DNA of 19,689 bases, from assembly GCA_042218075.1 (NCBI GenBank), contig JBDGRK010000008.1, forward strand, positions 1 through 19,689. Reading direction: 5' to 3'. The notes beneath the pieces are model-generated. The model saw nothing but the letters and a program-made list of their open reading frames with translations, had not been told where the DNA came from and ran no database searches. The first letter of the stretch is position 1. Every line of letters begins with the position of its first letter. This document shows positions 15,911-19,689 of this stretch, one piece after another. A program made the translations under genes and the position numbers. Origin of the DNA: Candidatus Nanohaloarchaea archaeon. Its GTDB lineage: Archaea > Nanohalarchaeota > Nanosalinia > Nanosalinales > Nanosalinaceae.

Positions 15911-16993
15911 ATGAGCGAGATAATCGCACTGGTAACTTTCCTCGTCGGTTTTGTCTCAGTTTTCATGGGGGTTCCGTACGCGAGGAAGTACCTTCTTTCA
16001 TCAGGAATATACGGCAAGGATCAGCAGAAGCCTGGTAAACCCAAACTTCCGACCTCAGGGGGTCTCGTAGTTCTCTTCGGTTTCATGTTCGCAGTTACGG
16101 CCTTCCTGGGACTGAACAACATACTGGATCTTGTGGCGATCCAAACAGAGATGGTGCTCGCAGCTCTCTCCTCAGCCATAATGATAGCTCTTATAGGTCT
16201 GGTGGACGACATACACGTGGGGGAAAAAGAATTCGAGATCGAAACTCCTACAGACAGGATACTGGGGGCGATCGATGTCTTCGATGGCGATGTAAGACTG
16301 AGAGAGGATGAGATGGACAGGATCGGACTGAGCCAGTTCAACAAGATGCTGTTCGTCCTTCCAGCAGTGTTCCCCCTGATGGCGGTAGGTGCCGGATCTT
16401 ACACTATGAAGTTACCGTTCTTAGGCATGATAGACTGGGGGCTCGTCTACCCTCTCGTGCTTCTGCCACTGGGTCTGCTTTTCGTGGCCAACGTGGTAAA
16501 CTTTCTTGCTGGTTTGAACGGTCTTTCGCCAGGCACGAGTCTGGCGGCCTCTCTGGGACTTGGTATATTTGCATTCCTTAACTCGAAGCCGGAAGCGATG
16601 ATAGTTGCATTTAGCCTCTCAGGAGCACTCGCAGCTTTCCTGTACTACAACTGGTATCCTGCATCTATTCTTCCCGGCGACTCCCTGACCTATCTCTCAG
16701 GTGCTGCAATGTTTTCAGCGATAGTTCTGGGGGATATGGAAAAGTTTGGTGTATTCATCTTCATTCCCTGGATTATCGAATTCTTCCTCAAGACGAGAAG
16801 CGGCTTCAAGGCACATTCATGGGGTGTTGTGGCCGAGCAGGGACTTCTACCCCAGCACGAAAGAACTTACTCTCTGACACATCCTCTCATGAGGAAAGGT
16901 TTTAACGAGAAAGAGATAACCTCGATCCTGGTACTCTTCGAAGTTTTCGTGGTGGCGGCGGGCCTTTTCCTTTTCCAGACGGGTTATCTCTGA
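15911..16993 (+). CDS. aglH: UDP-GlcNAc:polyprenol-phosphate GlcNAc-1-phosphate transferase (AglH/GPT, MraY superfamily)
   Basis: 'GKD..KP...LPTSGG', 'IGLVDD', 'NVVNFLAGLNGL', 'YNWYPASILPGDS'; 4 nt after aglB. Confidence 0.88.
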   Translation: MSEIIALVTFLVGFVSVFMGVPYARKYLLSSGIYGKDQQKPGKPKLPTSGGLVVLFGFMFAVTAFLGLNNILDLVAIQTEMVLAALSSAIMIALIGLVDDIHVGEKEFEIETPTDRILGAIDVFDGDVRLREDEMDRIGLSQFNKMLFVLPAVFPLMAVGAGSYTMKLPFLGMIDWGLVYPLVLLPLGLLFVANVVNFLAGLNGLSPGTSLAASLGLGIFAFLNSKPEAMIVAFSLSGALAAFLYYNWYPASILPGDSLTYLSGAAMFSAIVLGDMEKFGVFIFIPWIIEFFLKTRSGFKAHSWGVVAEQGLLPQHERTYSLTHPLMRKGFNEKEITSILVLFEVFVVAAGLFLFQTGYL

Positions 16994-17346
16994 TCGCTGT
17001 AGGGATCCTCAACCCTTACCACGTCTTCCGGCGAGTAAGGGAAAGAAATCTCGAGAACCTCGGCCACATCCCCGCCTATATTCTGTATCTGGTGCCTAAC
17101 ACCCTTCCTCACTATCTTTGCATTACCCTCCTCCAGTTTCTCTAGCTCTTCGTCCTTTCTCAGAGTTATATTGCCCTTCTCCGGATATATTATGTCTGAC
17201 TGTTCCTCGTGGTAGGAATAGGAAGTCATCTCCTCCGAATTAATCACCAGTTTCCTGATTCCCAGCATTCCGGTCCTGTCGCCTATATCAACCTGGGTGA
17301 TCAGTATCTGTTTCTCGTATCCCCACGGTTTGTCTATACGTCCCAT
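16984..17346 (-). CDS. Cupin protein resembling the type II mannose-6-phosphate isomerase domain
   Basis: 'IDKPWGYE', 'TSYSYH', 'RHQIQN', 'VLEIS', 'EDVVRVEDPY'. Confidence 0.8.
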   Translation of the reverse strand: MGRIDKPWGYEKQILITQVDIGDRTGMLGIRKLVINSEEMTSYSYHEEQSDIIYPEKGNITLRKDEELEKLEEGNAKIVRKGVRHQIQNIGGDVAEVLEISFPYSPEDVVRVEDPYSDQR

Positions 17347-17373
17347 CTATAGTTATCTAGTGGGTGAGAAGTT

Positions 17374-18312
17374 TTATCTCTTTCCACTGTAGAAATCATG
17401 GGTCTTCTCCAGGCCTTCCTCAAGCGAGACCTCTGGCTCCCAGCCCAGCTTCTTCCTCGCTCTGGAATTGTCAGCCCTGGTGGTCATGACAGGGTTGTCT
17501 CTCGGGTGCTCAATATGCTCCGGCTCTATATCAGTCCCCAGAGTATTGTTGAGCTTCTCCACTAGAGTGTTGAAATCAACATCCCCCCCGGTACCGATAT
17601 TGAAGTAATCGCCATCTATCTCATCATTCCTTTCCGCCGCAAGCAAATTCGCACGCGCCACATCCTTAACAAAAGTAAAATCCCTGCTCTGGGCTCCGTC
17701 ACCCCATATTACCGGTTTCTCGCCATTCATCATCTTCCACATGAACTGGGTCAGGACGTTGGCATACTCGCCCTTGGCCATCTCATGCGGCCCGTAGACC
17801 GAGAAGTACCTGAGGCCGGTAAAATGGATATCCGTCTGCTGGGAATATACCTCGGCGTAAAGCTCCCTGGACATCTTCGAGGCAGTATACAGGTTGGTTG
17901 GATACTCTCCCATGTCCTCCCGGTGGGGCGGTTCAACACTTCCATACATCGAGCTCGTGGATGCGTACACCACCTTCTCTATTCCCTCTTCCTTCCCTGC
18001 CTCTATCACATTTATAAATCCCTCTATATTTACTCTCGCTCCCTCTGCCGGGTTCTCGTTGTGCATCGGAGAACTCGATCTCGCGGCCTGGTGGAAGACA
18101 GTGTCACATCCATCAATAGCCTGCTCCACTTTTTGCTCGTCAAGCACAGATCCCCTGACAAAATCTACCTTATCTGCTATATCCTCTAAATTATCTTCCG
18201 AACCCAGATACAGGTCGTCGAGAACCACTACCTCCACATCACGGTCCAGAAGTTCACGGACGATATTTGATCCTATAAACCCTGCACCACCTGTCACCAG
18301 TGCCTTTTCCAT
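17374..18312 (-). CDS. NAD-dependent nucleotide-sugar epimerase/dehydratase (GalE/WbpP-like extended SDR)
   Basis: 'VTGGAGFIGS', 'FHQAA', 'ASTSSMYG', YxxxK 'YTASK', 'RYFSVYGP', 'RDFTFVKDVA'. Confidence 0.93.
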   Translation of the reverse strand: MEKALVTGGAGFIGSNIVRELLDRDVEVVVLDDLYLGSEDNLEDIADKVDFVRGSVLDEQKVEQAIDGCDTVFHQAARSSSPMHNENPAEGARVNIEGFINVIEAGKEEGIEKVVYASTSSMYGSVEPPHREDMGEYPTNLYTASKMSRELYAEVYSQQTDIHFTGLRYFSVYGPHEMAKGEYANVLTQFMWKMMNGEKPVIWGDGAQSRDFTFVKDVARANLLAAERNDEIDGDYFNIGTGGDVDFNTLVEKLNNTLGTDIEPEHIEHPRDNPVMTTRADNSRARKKLGWEPEVSLEEGLEKTHDFYSGKR

Positions 18313-18386
18313 ACTGAATAGAAGTATGTGGCCAATTGTTAAAAATCAACAGAAGGTTTTTACGACGCCGCAGGATAGTTAATTAC

Positions 18387-18812
18387 ATGGTGAAGAGCTT
18401 CCTCAGGCAGGCACTGCTTGAAGAATCACGGGCCTACGGATTCACCATAGCCTTCTGGGGTTCTGGGGCACTTCTGGTCAAGTACAGCGGTCTGCCCGAC
18501 ATCCAGCAGGCGATATTTTACGGTCTGGGAGCAGTCGCCGGATTCGGAATCCTGACACTCTACTCGTACAGGAACGCCTTCAGCAAGGCCGACTTCAGGA
18601 ATGACCGTGTAATGATACTGGGAATGATCCATTATCTCGGGGCTCTGGTACCCATCATGTCAGCGTACTACACCTCCAGGCTGGCATCCCCCCTGAACTT
18701 CTTTTTAACAGGTCTCCTGGTTTCGATTCTCTACAATATGGGAATGGTGGTAGAGCAGGTTCTTAACGAGAAAGGCAGAAAGCTTGAGGGATACCTGGAA
18801 ACCAGGTTCTAA
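18387..18812 (+). CDS. Hypothetical membrane protein (4 TM)
   Basis: ATG 18387 (MVKSFLRQALLEESRAYGFTIAFWGSGALL..), T-rich box ~25 nt upstream; four hydrophobic segments. Confidence 0.75.
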   Translation: MVKSFLRQALLEESRAYGFTIAFWGSGALLVKYSGLPDIQQAIFYGLGAVAGFGILTLYSYRNAFSKADFRNDRVMILGMIHYLGALVPIMSAYYTSRLASPLNFFLTGLLVSILYNMGMVVEQVLNEKGRKLEGYLETRF

Positions 18813-19558
18813 GACTCGCCAACATCCTTCCAGTCCCCGCCATAGATGTAACCTGTCAGATCGGAACGATCCGCAAGCTTCTCGAAAACATACTCCAGGA
18901 AACTTTCGTCAAGCTCCTCGAATATTTCCTGTGAAAAAATATATGTTCCGGCGTTGATCAGCCTCGAAGATTCCTCGCCAGTTTCTGGTTTCTCCACGAA
19001 CCCGAGAATCTCCCTACCTTTCAGTCTTGCAACCCCGTAGTCGGAAGGGTTCTCCACCGCAGTCAGCGCCATGGTCGCGGTTCTCCCCTCCTCACGATGC
19101 ACCCTGAACATATCGTCTACATCTACATCGGTGATCACGTGGCCGTTCATCACCGCGAACTCCCTACTTAACTTATTTTCAAGCTTGTCCAGAGCCTCAG
19201 CGTTCCCGCTCGGCTCATCCTCGTAGACGTATTCCAGAGCCAGATCCCTGTACTCCGATCCGTAGTTTTCCTCAATCTCTTTATTCTGACCTGCAAGCAG
19301 GAAAACCCTGCTGAAGCCTTCCTCGGAAAGATGATCCAGGATATGGCTGAGTACCGGCTTCCCATTCTGGATCTCCAGAGTTTTCGCCTCGCTGTCACCG
19401 CACAGGACAACCGCAGTATCCAGGCCTTCCTGACTGAAGTGCTGATCCACTATCTTCTCCAGCATCCTGGATCTGTTCAGCTTCCGCCTTTCCGCCTCCG
19501 AATCAATCTTATCCACGAGGTTCTCTTCCAGTGTCACAGAGACACGCTTCTTTGCCAT
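18809..19558 (-). CDS. Ribbon-helix-helix (CopG/MetJ/Arc) domain fused to a degenerate sugar-phosphate nucleotidyltransferase domain
   Basis: N-terminus 'MAKKRVSVTLEENLVDKIDSEAERRKLNRSRMLEKIV' is an RHH. The rest has the NTP_transferase pattern ('GKPVL.HIL', 'VENPSDYGV', 'FVEKP', 'INAGTYIF', 'WKDVG'). TTTTAAA ~22 nt before ATG 19558. Confidence 0.88.
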   Translation of the reverse strand: MAKKRVSVTLEENLVDKIDSEAERRKLNRSRMLEKIVDQHFSQEGLDTAVVLCGDSEAKTLEIQNGKPVLSHILDHLSEEGFSRVFLLAGQNKEIEENYGSEYRDLALEYVYEDEPSGNAEALDKLENKLSREFAVMNGHVITDVDVDDMFRVHREEGRTATMALTAVENPSDYGVARLKGREILGFVEKPETGEESSRLINAGTYIFSQEIFEELDESFLEYVFEKLADRSDLTGYIYGGDWKDVGES

Positions 19559-19604
19559 GTAGAAAATTAGAAGCTGTAAGTTTAAAATCCTGACCAAACA
19601 AGAG

Positions 19605-19688
19605 TTAAGGTCTTCTCTTCTCGTAGACTGGATCAACATTCATGAAGAACTTTTCTCTACTGGAAACAGGAATATAGACATTATTAGA
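19605..19688 (-). CDS. Possible 3' end of a gene entering from the right edge
   Basis: Open minus frame SNNVYIPVSSREKFFMNVDPVYEKRRP* ends just upstream of the RHH-fusion promoter; no family recognisable. Confidence 0.3.
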   Translation of the reverse strand, partial: SNNVYIPVSSREKFFMNVDPVYEKRRP

Positions 19689-19689
19689 G

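Noticed and set aside
19559-19639. 27-aa N-terminal extension of the RHH fusion; likewise 18336-18386 for the membrane protein
   Set aside because: Both extensions run through TATA-containing promoter DNA; downstream ATGs (19558, 18387) fit the domain starts.
1-19689. CRISPR arrays, IS elements, integrases, rRNA, long tandem repeats
   Set aside because: No regularly spaced repeats or transposase/integrase motifs seen; nearly all sequence is explained by coding genes. The remaining short track ORFs are antisense or alternate-frame shadows.

Overview
Gene-dense archaeal chromosomal window. Archaeal markers (NAC, AglB, secF-secD order, a CPxCG microprotein), very acidic proteins, short intergenic gaps with TATA boxes ~20-30 nt before start codons and moderate GC suggest a halophilic DPANN lineage such as Nanohaloarchaeota; this assignment is inference. 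Left to right: end of an HtrA-like PDZ gene, tRNA-Ser(GCT), CdpB-like PRC-barrel protein, an HTH regulator, a BrnT/DUF4258-like plus DUF2283 toxin-antitoxin-like pair, and a minus-strand run (ogg, hypothetical, MazG-like, SAMP/ThiS-like ubiquitin-fold gene). Next come an SSS symporter, a 59-aa zinc finger, a DUF123 GIY-YIG nuclease, a secreted lamin-tail protein, AI-2E and TctA-like transporters and NAC. An AT-rich islet follows, with two divergent small HTH-type genes around an orphan tRNA 3' half. The window ends with secD/secF and an N-glycosylation cluster (aglB, aglH/GPT, cupin, epimerase, RHH fused to a degenerate sugar-nucleotidyltransferase). The ORF track misses the SAMP gene (no canonical start) and the zinc finger (<60 aa). 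Best novelty candidates: the RHH-pseudoenzyme regulator at the glycosylation locus, the apparently non-AUG-initiated SAMP, and the tRNA half with a self-complementary acceptor end. No CRISPR array, rRNA, transposase or integrase was seen.
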